Shown here: in pieces, positions 18,784 through 29,096 of the stretch
Layout of the letters: the number at the start of each line of letters is the position of its first letter
Numbering within the stretch: the first letter of the stretch is position 1
Assembly: GCF_000829235.1 (NCBI RefSeq)
Contig: NZ_AP012549.1
Coordinates: 600,001 to 632,000, forward strand
DNA length: 32,000 nucleotides
DNA from: a cyanobacterium endosymbiont of Epithemia turgida isolate EtSB Lake Yunoko
GTDB lineage: Bacteria; Cyanobacteriota; Cyanobacteriia; Cyanobacteriales; Microcystaceae
Reading direction: 5' to 3'
The notes under the pieces: generated by a model
Told to the model about the DNA's origin: nothing
The model's input: only the letters and a program-made list of their open reading frames with translations
Database searches by the model: none
Made by a program: the position numbers and the translations under genes

Positions 18784-20271
18784 ATGACTACTGCAACCCC
18801 CATTCAAACTGAATACGAAGCCGTTATCGGGTTAGAAACCCATTGTCAACTTAACACCAGCAGTAAAATTTTCTGCACCTGTTCAACTAAATTTGACAGT
18901 CCTCCCAACACTAATATTTGTCCGGTTTGTTTGGGCTATCCGGGGGTTTTGCCTGTCCTCAACAAAGAAGTTGTAACCTCTGCGGGTAGGTTAGGGCTAG
19001 CAATCGATGGAAAAATTGCTCTGTATAATAAATTTGACCGTAAACAATATTTTTACGCTGATCTACCCAAGAATTACCAAATTTCTCAATACGATCTTCC
19101 CATCGTTGAACACGGTTCTCTTGAAATTGAATTAGTGGACAAAAAAAACAAAGAAGTTACCCGTAAAATTATTGGTATAACTCGTTTACACATGGAAGAA
19201 GATGCCGGAAAATTAGTTCACGCAGGAAGTGATCGTCTATCAGGATCAACTCACTCTTTAGTAGACTTTAACCGGACAGGTATTCCTTTACTTGAAATTG
19301 TTTCAGAACCTGACTTGCGCTCAGGACGAGAGGCAGCAGAATACGCCCAAGAGTTACGTCGTTTAGTCCGTTATTTAGGCATCAGTGATGGTAACATGCA
19401 AGAGGGTTCCTTGCGTTGTGATGTTAATATTTCTGTTCGTCCTATGGGACAAAAAGAGTTTGGAACCAAGATAGAAATAAAAAATATGAATTCTTTCAAT
19501 GCCATCCAAAAGGCTATTGAATACGAAATTAAACGGCAAATTGAGACCTTAGAAAGGGGTGAATTGCTATTCCAAGAAACTCGTCTTTGGGAAGAGAAAA
19601 ATCAGTGTACCGTTAGTATGAGGAAAAAAGAAGGAGCTAGTGACTATCGTTACTTTCCCGAACCTGATATTCCTCCCTTAGAGATATCTCCCGAACAATT
19701 AGAAAATTGGCGAAAAACTATTCCCGAACTTCCTGCTCAAAAACGGAAACGTTATGAGAAAAAATTAGGAATTTCTGCTTATGATGCTCGTGTTATAACT
19801 GATGATCTAAATATAGCCGATTTTTATGAAAAAGCTGTAGAGACTGGGGCTGATGCTAAGTTAGTGGCTAATTGGGTAACCCAAGATATTGCCGCCTATT
19901 TAAATAATAGTAAGTTAGACATAACTGAAATTGCCTTGAAACCAGTTAATTTAGGGGAGTTAATACGACTTATTGAAAAGGAAATCATTAGTGGTAAAAT
20001 TGCAAAAGAAATCCTTCCAGAACTATTAGAAAAAGGTGGATCACCAGAAAAATTAGTTAAGGCTAAAGGGATTACCCAAATTTCTGATATAAAAGAAATT
20101 GAAAAAATCATTGATGAAATATTGTTGGCTAACCCTAACGAACTTGAAAAGTTCCGCAATGGAAAACCTAAGTTAAAAAGTTTTTTTATCGGTCAAGTAA
20201 TGAAAAAAACAGGTGGACGGGCCGATCCTAAATTAACAAATCAGTTAGTGGAAAAAAAATTGAAAGACTAG
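18784..20271 (+). CDS. gatB: Asp/Glu-tRNA amidotransferase subunit B
   Basis: This is a 495-aa ORF with the GatB N-terminus YEAVIGLETHCQL, CPVCLGYPGVLP, a conserved core and a YqeY-like tail. Confidence 0.97.
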   Translation: MTTATPIQTEYEAVIGLETHCQLNTSSKIFCTCSTKFDSPPNTNICPVCLGYPGVLPVLNKEVVTSAGRLGLAIDGKIALYNKFDRKQYFYADLPKNYQISQYDLPIVEHGSLEIELVDKKNKEVTRKIIGITRLHMEEDAGKLVHAGSDRLSGSTHSLVDFNRTGIPLLEIVSEPDLRSGREAAEYAQELRRLVRYLGISDGNMQEGSLRCDVNISVRPMGQKEFGTKIEIKNMNSFNAIQKAIEYEIKRQIETLERGELLFQETRLWEEKNQCTVSMRKKEGASDYRYFPEPDIPPLEISPEQLENWRKTIPELPAQKRKRYEKKLGISAYDARVITDDLNIADFYEKAVETGADAKLVANWVTQDIAAYLNNSKLDITEIALKPVNLGELIRLIEKEIISGKIAKEILPELLEKGGSPEKLVKAKGITQISDIKEIEKIIDEILLANPNELEKFRNGKPKLKSFFIGQVMKKTGGRADPKLTNQLVEKKLKD

Positions 20272-21140
20272 GTATTTAAATAAATCTTTCTAGTTTATAA
20301 AATGGGATGATTATAAAATCACCTTCTTCAAGAATTTTACCTATTATGTCTAGTTCAAGTGCATACTAGTTGAGTTGTTAGTCAGACACGTATCCACACG
20401 AATGAAAAACTCATCAGGGGTTACTTTTCTGTACACCGCTAGATATTATATTTTTACTAAAACAAGCACGCAAACTTTAATTTAGAGAGGATCAAAGATA
20501 GCTTATATAGTACAATTAAGGTTCTTACTCTGTTTTTTTTATCTCCCTCAAGAATTTATACGGAAGTCCTTTGATTTGGTGTAGCATATAGCTACACCAA
20601 GCGCTCTCTTTCGTTAATAAACACAAGTTAATCCGAAAAATAGTTGGACTATATTAGTCTATCTTAGACAAGAGAAAAGATTAGTATTGTAAGTTAGTTC
20701 ACTATCTGTATGATACAGTTAGGATGGCATTAGTAATAGATATGAACTTTTTCGCTTTGCAAAGAGATGTGTTGTTAAAAATAGCGCTGAATAATGAATG
20801 ATTGTGGGCGAAATTGCCAAAATATTATAATGAGTCTGTCTCCGTCTCTATTTGTCTTGTCAAGGTAAATAGAGACGGAACTTCCCAAGTTGGTCCCAAC
20901 TATAGTTTACATACATTGAGAGAAAACTCTGTGTATTAGAATTCGCCACTGTAATGAGTGTGAATACTTCACGCTACTGGATATATCAGCTAGTCAAGAT
21001 ATTAAAAATAAAGAAATATCTGCACTTTTAGGCATAATATGCCTAAAAGTCTCTATTGACTCGAAGCCTTCGGCTCTGCTGACAAGAGCTGTGTCAAAAT
21101 AAGATTGAAGTTCTAACCTGCTATTTTAAAGTGTAGTTCT

Positions 21141-24100
21141 ATGAGTAATGCTTTCTTTAACCATCTTCGAAGTCCTAAACGCCCTGTTATTGTCTTTGAC
21201 GGTGCAACAGGGACTTCATTACAAACTCAAAATTTAACTGCTGAGGACTTTGGAGGATCTGAATATGAAGGGTGCAACGAATACCTAGTTCTAACCAAAC
21301 CAGAAGCAGTTGAAAAAGTACATAGAGAGTTTTTGGAAGCTGGTGCAGATGTTATTGAAACTAATTCTTTTGGAGGAACATCGATTGTCCTTGCTGAATA
21401 TAATTTAGCAGACAAAGCCTATGATCTAAATAAAAAAGCGGCTGAACTGGCAAAAAATCTTGCAGCTAAATATTCGACTTCTGAAAAACCCCGTTTTGTA
21501 GCAGGTTCAATTGGACCAGGAACCAAACTACCCACTTTAGGACATGTTGAGTTTGATACTCTCAAAAACTCATACATCGAACAAGTAGAAGGATTATATG
21601 ATGGTGGAGCAGATTTATTAATTATTGAAACTTGCCAGGATGTATTACAAATTAAAGCAGTTTTAAACGCTATCGAAGAGGTTTTGCGCCAAAAATGTGA
21701 CCGTTTACCAATTATGGTTTCAATCACAATGGAAGTAATGGGAACGATGTTAGTAGGGACAGAAATAGGCGCCGCATTAGCTATTCTAGAACCTTATAAA
21801 ATTGATATTTTGGGACTTAATTGTGCTACAGGACCAGAACAGATGAAAGAACATATTAGATACTTATCTAAACATTCCCCCTTTATAATTTCTTGTATTC
21901 CCAATGCTGGGTTACCCGAAAACATTGGTGGACAAGCACATTATCGCTTAACTCCAATAGAATTAAAAATGGCGTTAATGCACTTTATTGAAGATTTAGG
22001 GGTACAAATTATCGGAGGATGTTGTGGAACTCGTCCTGATCATATCAAAGCGTTAACAGAACTTTCCCATAGTTTAAGACCTAAAAAACGCCACCCCCAT
22101 TATGAAGCTTCTGCTGCTTCAATTTATAGTGCACAACCTTATAATCAAGATAACTCATTCCTAATTATAGGAGAAAAATTAAACGCTAGTGGCTCTAAAA
22201 AATGTCGTACTTTACTTAATAAAGAAGACTGGGACAGCCTCATATCTCTAGCAAAATCTCAAGTAAAAGAAGGCTCACATATACTTGATGTTAACGTAGA
22301 TTATGTCGGAAGAGATGGGGTACAAGACATGCGAACATTAGTTTCCTCTCTTATTAAGAATATAACCTTACCTTTAATGCTTGATTCGACAGAATGGCAG
22401 AAAATGGAGGCAGGGCTAAAGGTAGCAGGAGGTAAATGTATCCTCAATTCTACTAACTATGAGGATGGGGAGGTACGCTTTTTAAAAGTATTAGAGTTAG
22501 CAAAGAATTATGGTGCAGGAGTCGTGATAGGAACTATTGATGAAGACGGAATGGGGCGAACTAAAGATAAAAAATTTGAGATTGCAGAACGAGCTTATAA
22601 TACAGCAATAGAGTATGGAATACCTGCCCATGAACTTTTTTTTGATACGTTAGCATTACCTATTTCTACAGGTATAGAAGAAGATAGAAAAAACGGAGAA
22701 GCAACTATTGAATCTATCAAGCTTATTCGAAAAAAATTGCCAGGGTGTCATATTGTACTGGGAATTTCTAATATTTCCTTTGGCTTAAATCCCGCAGCAC
22801 GACAGATATTAAACTCTATATTTTTATATGAAGCAGTGCAAGCAGGATTGGATGCTGCTATTGTTAGCGCAAATAAAATATTACCCCTCACAAAAATAGA
22901 GCCAGAACATCAAAAAGTATGTCGGGATTTAATTTACGATCTACGAAAATTTGATAAAGATATCTGTACCTATGATCCTTTAACGAAATTGACGGAATTA
23001 TTTCTAGGGAAGACTACGAAAAAAGATGCCACGAAAATAACCAATCTTTCTCTAGAAGAACGACTTAAACAGCATATTATTGATGGAGAAAGGGTTGGTT
23101 TAGAAGAAGCCTTAAAACAAGCATTAAAACAATATCATCCCCTCGATATTATCAACATATTTCTTCTTAATGGAATGAAAGTAGTAGGTGAATTATTTAG
23201 TTCGGGACAAATGCAGTTGCCCTTTGTGTTACAATCTGCCCAAACAATGAAAGCTGCGGTAGCTTTTCTAGAACCTTTAATGGATAAAGAAGAAAGTGGT
23301 AATGACAATGGAAAAGGTAAGTTTATCATTGCAACTGTCAAAGGAGATGTTCATGATATTGGCAAAAACTTGGTTGACATTATCCTTTCCAATAATGGCT
23401 ATAAAGTGATTAATCTAGGGATTAAACAACCGGTTGAAAATATTATTCAAGCTTACGAAGAGCATAAACCTGATTGCATTGCAATGAGTGGTCTACTCGT
23501 TAAATCAACAGCATTTATGAAAGATAATTTAGAAGTCTTTAATGAGCGTGGAATTAATGTTCCTGTGATTCTAGGAGGAGCTGCTTTAACCCCAAAATTT
23601 GTCTACGAAGACTGTCAAAATATTTATAAAGGCAAAGTTGTTTATGGGAAAGATGCTTTCTCCGATTTATCCTTTATGGATACATTGATGCCAGCAAAAT
23701 CAATTGGAAGCTGGAATAATTCCCAAGGATTTTTAGGAGAATTAAAAGAAAAAAATAGCATCTTTCAAAAAGAAAGAGGAAAAAAAACAGCAGAAAAATT
23801 TTTGGAAAAAGATGGTAAATCTATTTCCATGGAAACTCCACAAGTTATTGACACAAAACGATCAGAAGATGTAAAAATAATAGACCCTGTTTCCCCTCCT
23901 TTCTGGGGAACTAAGATTTTAAATTCAGAAGACTTAAATATCAGTGAAATATTCTGGTATTTAGATTTACAAGCGTTAATTGCAGGTCAATGGCAATTTC
24001 GTAAGCCTAAAGAACAATCACGGGAAGAATACCATCAATTTTTAGTGAAGAAAGTTTATCCTATTTTAGAAGACTGGAAACAAAAAATTATTACAGAAAA

Positions 24101-24719
24101 TTTATTGCATCCTACAGTGACGTATGGTTACTTTCCCTGTCAGTCTGAAGGAAATCAATTGTTAGTTTATGATCCCGAGATTATCCAAAACTTAGACGGA
24201 AAAATACCTAAAAATCTAGAGCCTATTTGGATAATTGAATTTCCTCGCCAAAAATCCGGTCGTCGCTTGTGTATTGCAGATTTTTTCACTCCTAAAGAAT
24301 TAGGATTAACTGATGTATTCCCAATGCAAGCAGTTACTGTTGGAGAAATTGCAACAGAATACGCACAGAAACTCTTCGCCGATAATGATTATACAAATTA
24401 TCTTTATTTTCATGGTATGGCTGTTCAAACGGCCGAAGCATTAGCTGAATGTATACACTCTAAAATTCGTCGAGAATTAGGCTTTGGGCAGAAAGAGCCG
24501 GATAATATTCGAGAAATGTTACAACAGCACTATCAAGGTTCTCGTTATAGCTTTGGGTATCCTGCTTGTCCCAATATTCAGAATCAATATAAACAATTAG
24601 AGGTCTTAGGATGCAATCGCATCAACATGTACATGGATGAGAGTGAACAAATGTATCCTGAACAGTCTACAACAGCAATTATTACTTATCACCCTGTTGC
24701 TAACTATTTCAGTGCATAA
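21141..24719 (+). CDS. metH: cobalamin-dependent methionine synthase
   Basis: This is a 1192-aa ORF with homocysteine-binding, pterin-binding, B12-binding (DxHxxG as GDVHDIGKN) and C-terminal AdoMet reactivation modules in canonical order. Confidence 0.97.
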   Translation: MSNAFFNHLRSPKRPVIVFDGATGTSLQTQNLTAEDFGGSEYEGCNEYLVLTKPEAVEKVHREFLEAGADVIETNSFGGTSIVLAEYNLADKAYDLNKKAAELAKNLAAKYSTSEKPRFVAGSIGPGTKLPTLGHVEFDTLKNSYIEQVEGLYDGGADLLIIETCQDVLQIKAVLNAIEEVLRQKCDRLPIMVSITMEVMGTMLVGTEIGAALAILEPYKIDILGLNCATGPEQMKEHIRYLSKHSPFIISCIPNAGLPENIGGQAHYRLTPIELKMALMHFIEDLGVQIIGGCCGTRPDHIKALTELSHSLRPKKRHPHYEASAASIYSAQPYNQDNSFLIIGEKLNASGSKKCRTLLNKEDWDSLISLAKSQVKEGSHILDVNVDYVGRDGVQDMRTLVSSLIKNITLPLMLDSTEWQKMEAGLKVAGGKCILNSTNYEDGEVRFLKVLELAKNYGAGVVIGTIDEDGMGRTKDKKFEIAERAYNTAIEYGIPAHELFFDTLALPISTGIEEDRKNGEATIESIKLIRKKLPGCHIVLGISNISFGLNPAARQILNSIFLYEAVQAGLDAAIVSANKILPLTKIEPEHQKVCRDLIYDLRKFDKDICTYDPLTKLTELFLGKTTKKDATKITNLSLEERLKQHIIDGERVGLEEALKQALKQYHPLDIINIFLLNGMKVVGELFSSGQMQLPFVLQSAQTMKAAVAFLEPLMDKEESGNDNGKGKFIIATVKGDVHDIGKNLVDIILSNNGYKVINLGIKQPVENIIQAYEEHKPDCIAMSGLLVKSTAFMKDNLEVFNERGINVPVILGGAALTPKFVYEDCQNIYKGKVVYGKDAFSDLSFMDTLMPAKSIGSWNNSQGFLGELKEKNSIFQKERGKKTAEKFLEKDGKSISMETPQVIDTKRSEDVKIIDPVSPPFWGTKILNSEDLNISEIFWYLDLQALIAGQWQFRKPKEQSREEYHQFLVKKVYPILEDWKQKIITENLLHPTVTYGYFPCQSEGNQLLVYDPEIIQNLDGKIPKNLEPIWIIEFPRQKSGRRLCIADFFTPKELGLTDVFPMQAVTVGEIATEYAQKLFADNDYTNYLYFHGMAVQTAEALAECIHSKIRRELGFGQKEPDNIREMLQQHYQGSRYSFGYPACPNIQNQYKQLEVLGCNRINMYMDESEQMYPEQSTTAIITYHPVANYFSA

Positions 24720-24734
24720 GTTAACTACTTGTCT

Positions 24735-25383
24735 ATGATCTATCAAAACTCGCCTTCTGCTACATAAATTTTAAAAATTTTTGAGCCCCTCGCCCCAGTT
24801 TACAATAGATATAAACAACGTTTTAAGTTTAGAGCAACATCGTACCTGGAAGCTAATAGCTATTAAATGAATTCAACCTCAATCAGGGGATAAAAGATTA
24901 TACGTCTGCTGTGGAAGTTGAGATTTAGCCTAATTATTAGCTTATCAAGTCGAAAAACCGGGTAAAGTGATGGGATGATATTTTTTCCGGAAACAACTGG
25001 CGATCATTTGTCAATTATTTTTAATATCAATCAAGTGGACTGAAAAAATGTCCTTAATTTACTATTTGAGAATCAGAAATTGAACTGTGTCACCATGATC
25101 TATGGATTACAAAACTTAACTAATACTCCCTATTGCTTACAGAAATTAAAACGTGTATATCGTGTCCTAAAACTAGACTCACAAGTTATTTTACTTGACT
25201 TTCATCGTTCTCGACAGCCCAAAAATTTGGCTTAACCTAAGAATATATCTACATTAATTCCAGTTTGGGGAGATTTTCACCCCAACTCAACAGGTTAAAT
25301 TAGCCTATGACATAGGATTTATCTATGCAATCTATTATTCTATTGTCATAGGCATGATGAGGGTATTAGTTGCCATAAAGTAA
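24735..25383 (+). pseudogene. menG: disrupted menG/ubiE-type (demethylphylloquinone/menaquinone) SAM methyltransferase
   Basis: Hand translation across frames gives MIYQNSPSAT*ILKIFEPLAPVYN. After a frameshift it gives DINNVLSLEQHRTWKLIAIK*IQPQSGDKRLYVCCGS*DLA*LLAYQVEKPGKVMG*YFFRKQLAI..IKWTEK. After a frameshift in an A-run it gives VLNLLFENQKLNCVTMIYGLQNLTNTPYCLQKLKRVYRVLKLDSQVILLDFHRSRQP. After an internal deletion it gives EQVKLAYDIGFIYAIYYSIVIGMMRVLVAIK*. This is collinear with the UbiE/MenG family as I remember it (IFDRIAPVYD..LSLGQHR.WK, LD.CCGSGDLA, GYGLRNV, LKPGG...ILDF, GMMGV). Confidence 0.8.
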
Positions 25384-26458
25384 AATTATATATAGAAAAC
25401 AAGAGAAGAAAATTTAATAATTGCTTTCTATCTCCTCATTTATTTTTTTTAAAACTATGTCATCTTGTTTAATGTTTAAACAATCAATTTATATTAAATA
25501 TAGTGAACTATTGTGCAATCATATATTGTAGGTCTAAAATTAATACACTGTTATTTAAATTCTATTTCTAAGTGTTAACTTTTTAAGAAATGGTCAATAT
25601 AAATTGGCGTAAAAGGGTTTTTTATTAAAATACTTTTTATTAATCCAACTTGATTTAGTAAAGTTTTAGAAAAATAACCAGGGTAAATTATTAGAAATTT
25701 TAAGTAATTGGTGAAAAAATGATATCGATAGCAATGTAAATTAATAGTCAACAAAATTATATCAATCAACCGATCTAAATTTAAAATGATTAATTTTGTT
25801 GTCCCTTAGAGACTCAGTACATTTACGATGATTAAGACTGAACAAGATATATACGAGCAACAAAGAGTAATTAAAAATTATCGATTATAAAAAATACACT
25901 TGCCTTTGGAGAGGAGATTATAGTGTCTTAAAATTTTATGTAAGGAGTAAACAACTGTTACTCTCTGTAACAGTAAGCAAAGACAATAAACAACTACTGT
26001 AAAAAACTTAAATCTAAAAATATAAAGACTTACTTTTAATTTCATGAATCCTCTGATTTTCTTAATAAAAGTAAAATTACTACTAAGTAGAATGTTGAAC
26101 TAATCTGGATTATATTCTTGTTTTATTTAAATAATTTTCAAGTACCTTTTTTTTGAGTTTGATTAGTCTTTATATAATACAATTACCCTTTTATGATATT
26201 TAGTTTTATAATATAGTATAGATTTTTTTTGTATATCTATTTTTTTTATTTTTAAAAACAAGACATAGAGTAATTTTTATCTTTGCTATTTATAAATATA
26301 TAGCTATTTTTTAGAAGTTTATTTTTTTTTGAAAGGTTTTTTCTATTACCTATTTTTGAAATAATTACAATATCAAATATTAAAAAATGAAAAATATGTC
26401 CTTAATCAATTAAAATAAATTCTTAGAATAGTCCCTAAACAACCTATCTGGACAGACT

Positions 26459-27679
26459 ATGAAAACCCTGGAAACCTCTAAGCTTTTAAAATCCTCTGCT
26501 CCTGAATTTAACACTGCTATTCATCGTCGCAAAACCTGTCCCGTCCCAGTGGGAGATATCATCATTGGGGAAGGTTATCCTGTGGTGGTGCAATCAATGA
26601 TTAATGAGGACACCCTAAATATTGATGGGTCAGTCACTGCTATTCGGCGTTTACATGAAATTGGCTGTGAAATTATTCGAGTCACTGTTCCTAGTATGGC
26701 CCATGCCAAAGCCTTAGCAGAGATTAATAAGAAACTTACTCAAGTCTATCAACGGGTTCCCCTAGTGGCTGACGTGCACCACAATGGCATGAGAATTGCT
26801 CTGGAAGTCTCTAGGCACGTAGATAAAGTTCGTATTAATCCTGGATTATATGTCTTCGAGAAACCTAATCCCACCCGTGGTGAATACACACAAGCTGAAT
26901 TTGATGAAATTGGTGAAAAAATTGCCGACACATTGAAGCCCTTAGTTATTTTATTGAAAAAACAGGGTAAAGCTATGCGAGTTGGAGTTAATCACGGTTC
27001 CTTAGCTGAAAGAATGTTGTTTACTTATGGGGACACTCCCGAAGGAATGGTAGAATCAGCCCTGGAATTTATCCATATTTGTGAATCTCTAGATTTTCAC
27101 AGAATAATCGTCTCGCTCAAATCATCCCGTGTTCCTGTGATGTTAGCCGCCTATCGCTTGATGGTTAAACGAATGGATGACCTAGGAATGGACTATCCCC
27201 TACATTTAGGAGTCACAGAAGCTGGAGATGGTGAATATGGAAGAATTAAATCTACTGTCGGAATTGGAACTCTCTTAGCTGAAGGAATTGGGGATACTAT
27301 TCGCGTTTCCTTGACTGAAGCCCCTGAGAAAGAAATTCCTGTTTGTTATAACATCCTCCAGTCCTTGGGATTACGTAAGACCATGGTAGAGTACATCGCT
27401 TGTCCTTCGTGTGGCCGGACTCTGTTTGATTTGGAAAAAGTCCTGCACAAAGTACGAGAAGCCACCAAACATTTGACAGGGTTAGACATTGCAGTGATGG
27501 GTTGTATTGTCAATGGGCCAGGAGAAATGTCCGATGCAGACTATGGTTATGTTGGGAAACAAGCCGGATACATTTCTTTATATAGGGGGCGAGAAGAGAT
27601 CAAAAAAGTTCCTGAAGACCGAGGCGTTCAAGAATTAATTGAGTTGATAAAAATTGATGGCCGTTGGGTTGACCCTTAA
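26459..27679 (+). CDS. ispG: 4-hydroxy-3-methylbut-2-en-1-yl diphosphate synthase (IspG/GcpE)
   Basis: This is a 406-aa ORF of the GcpE family, with [11 protein letters not shown] and the Fe-S cysteines in ACPSCGRT and GCIVNGPGE. Confidence 0.97.
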   Translation: MKTLETSKLLKSSAPEFNTAIHRRKTCPVPVGDIIIGEGYPVVVQSMINEDTLNIDGSVTAIRRLHEIGCEIIRVTVPSMAHAKALAEINKKLTQVYQRVPLVADVHHNGMRIALEVSRHVDKVRINPGLYVFEKPNPTRGEYTQAEFDEIGEKIADTLKPLVILLKKQGKAMRVGVNHGSLAERMLFTYGDTPEGMVESALEFIHICESLDFHRIIVSLKSSRVPVMLAAYRLMVKRMDDLGMDYPLHLGVTEAGDGEYGRIKSTVGIGTLLAEGIGDTIRVSLTEAPEKEIPVCYNILQSLGLRKTMVEYIACPSCGRTLFDLEKVLHKVREATKHLTGLDIAVMGCIVNGPGEMSDADYGYVGKQAGYISLYRGREEIKKVPEDRGVQELIELIKIDGRWVDP

Positions 27680-27800
27680 GAAAATTTAAATCTATCAGAG
27701 TTTTTAGCTTGTAATTTTTATGGAAGAAATGTTATCATAATTCTTCCGTGTTAAAAGTTAGCATTGTTAGACATTTAGCAATCTGTTGTAGGAAACGACT

Positions 27801-28094
27801 GTGGCCAACTCGAAGTCTGCACTTAAACGTATTGATATTACCGAACGCAACCGACTACGCAATAAAGCGTACCGATCGGCACTGAGAACTTTAATGAAAA
27901 AACATTTTAAAGCTGTAGAGGAGTACGCAGCAAACCCCACCTCTGACAACAAAACAGTTGCTGATGAGTCTTTATCAGCAGCCTACAGCAAAATAGACAA
28001 AGCCGTCAAACGGAGAGTTTTACATAAAAACAATGGAGCCAGGAAAAAAGCTCGTTTGGCTAAAGCTTTCAAGGAAGTTGCTATGGTTTCTTAA
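27801..28094 (+). CDS. rpsT: 30S ribosomal protein S20
   Basis: This is a 97-aa basic ORF with a GTG start. It reads [30 protein letters not shown] and lies in the conserved position before tatD-rpoB. Confidence 0.93.
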   Translation: MANSKSALKRIDITERNRLRNKAYRSALRTLMKKHFKAVEEYAANPTSDNKTVADESLSAAYSKIDKAVKRRVLHKNNGARKKARLAKAFKEVAMVS

Positions 28095-28269
28095 TATAGA
28101 TTAGTTTTTGAGTTAAATAAGACATATTAGAGATAGAGAATAGGACAAGAGAGTTAGGACAAGTTAAAACCTACACTTCCTTGATAAACCGAAAACAACC
28201 GCAAACAGGTCAGTATTGATTTCTCTAGTCTAGGAGACTTAGCTGAGCAGTCGGCTTACGATTAACCAG

Positions 28270-29058
28270 ATGCAACTTATTGATACCCATGTCCACATTA
28301 ACTTCGACGTCTTTGAGCAAGAACTCAATTTACTCCAAACTCGTTGGCAGGAGGCCGGAGTCGTTCACCTGGTTCATTCGTGTGTTGAACCTAAGGAGTT
28401 TAAGGGAATACAAGCTCTAGCGGATCGTTTTCGAAATCAACTGTCCTTTTGTGTGGGATTACACCCGCTAAATGCTTACAAATGGACAGTAACAACCTAT
28501 GAAGAAATTCTTGTGGCAGCCCAGTCAGATCCGAGAGTGGTAGCTATTGGAGAAATAGGGCTAGACTTTTATAAAGCAGATAATCAAGACTGGCAAAAAC
28601 AAGTATTAGAAGCTCAACTGGCTATTGCTTATAAACTCGATAAGCCAGTTGTTATCCACTGTCGGAACGCCGCGGTTAACCTCCGAGAAATATTGAAGTT
28701 ATTTTGTACTAATCAAGGCCCAGTACGAGGGGTAATTCATTGTTGGAATGGAACTCCCGAAGAAACCCAATGGTTTTTAGATTTAGGATTTTACATAAGT
28801 TTCAGTGGCATTGTCACCTTTAAGAGAGCTACTCAACTTAAGGAAAGTGTGTTGGTTGTACCAAGGGATCGTCTTCTCATCGAAACTGACTGTCCCTTCC
28901 TTGCCCCCGTACCCAAACGGGGAAAACGTAATGAACCATCCTATGTTCGTTATGTTGCCGAATTTCTAGCCCAATGGCGGGGGGTGTCCTTAGAAAGTCT
29001 GGCTCGAAAAACTACCCAAAATGCCTGCCAACTATTTCAATTATCGATAGCTCACTAA
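28270..29058 (+). CDS. tatD: TatD-family metal-dependent hydrolase/DNase
   Basis: This is a 262-aa ORF with [25 protein letters not shown] and [10 protein letters not shown]. Confidence 0.9.
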   Translation: MQLIDTHVHINFDVFEQELNLLQTRWQEAGVVHLVHSCVEPKEFKGIQALADRFRNQLSFCVGLHPLNAYKWTVTTYEEILVAAQSDPRVVAIGEIGLDFYKADNQDWQKQVLEAQLAIAYKLDKPVVIHCRNAAVNLREILKLFCTNQGPVRGVIHCWNGTPEETQWFLDLGFYISFSGIVTFKRATQLKESVLVVPRDRLLIETDCPFLAPVPKRGKRNEPSYVRYVAEFLAQWRGVSLESLARKTTQNACQLFQLSIAH

Positions 29059-29096
29059 GTGTTGATAATGAACAATTAACTCGGTGATAAAGCGCA

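Noticed and set aside
20390-20398. GTATCCACA matches 8 of 9 positions of a DnaA box. I considered that one of the AT-rich tracts could be oriC.
   Set aside because: It is a single isolated box. I found no cluster of DnaA boxes and no dnaA or dnaN nearby.
20706-20718. The palindrome ctgtatgatacag resembles a LexA/SOS box.
   Set aside because: Its spacing is CTGT-N5-ACAG rather than the E. coli N8 form or the cyanobacterial RGTAC-N-GTWC form. It lies more than 400 nt from the nearest start codon.
20272-21140. I considered a cobalamin or SAM riboswitch upstream of metH.
   Set aside because: I could not find the conserved B12-box or S-box core sequences. B12 riboswitches normally control metE or B12 uptake rather than metH.
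25575-25769. A 64-aa minus ORF in the AT desert.
   Set aside because: Its translation is dominated by I, L, F, K, N and Y, as expected from AT-rich non-coding DNA. It has no motif and no RBS.
27722-27747. A hairpin ggaagaa-N12-ttcttcc between ispG and rpsT could be the ispG terminator.
   Set aside because: It has a 7-bp stem with a 12-nt loop and no U-tract, so it is not convincing as an intrinsic terminator. It may still be part of the rpsT leader.
28141-28163. The direct repeat taggacaag occurs twice, 14 bp apart, upstream of tatD and could be an operator.
   Set aside because: It is only 9 nt and present in two copies, with no palindromic symmetry or known motif. The support is too weak.
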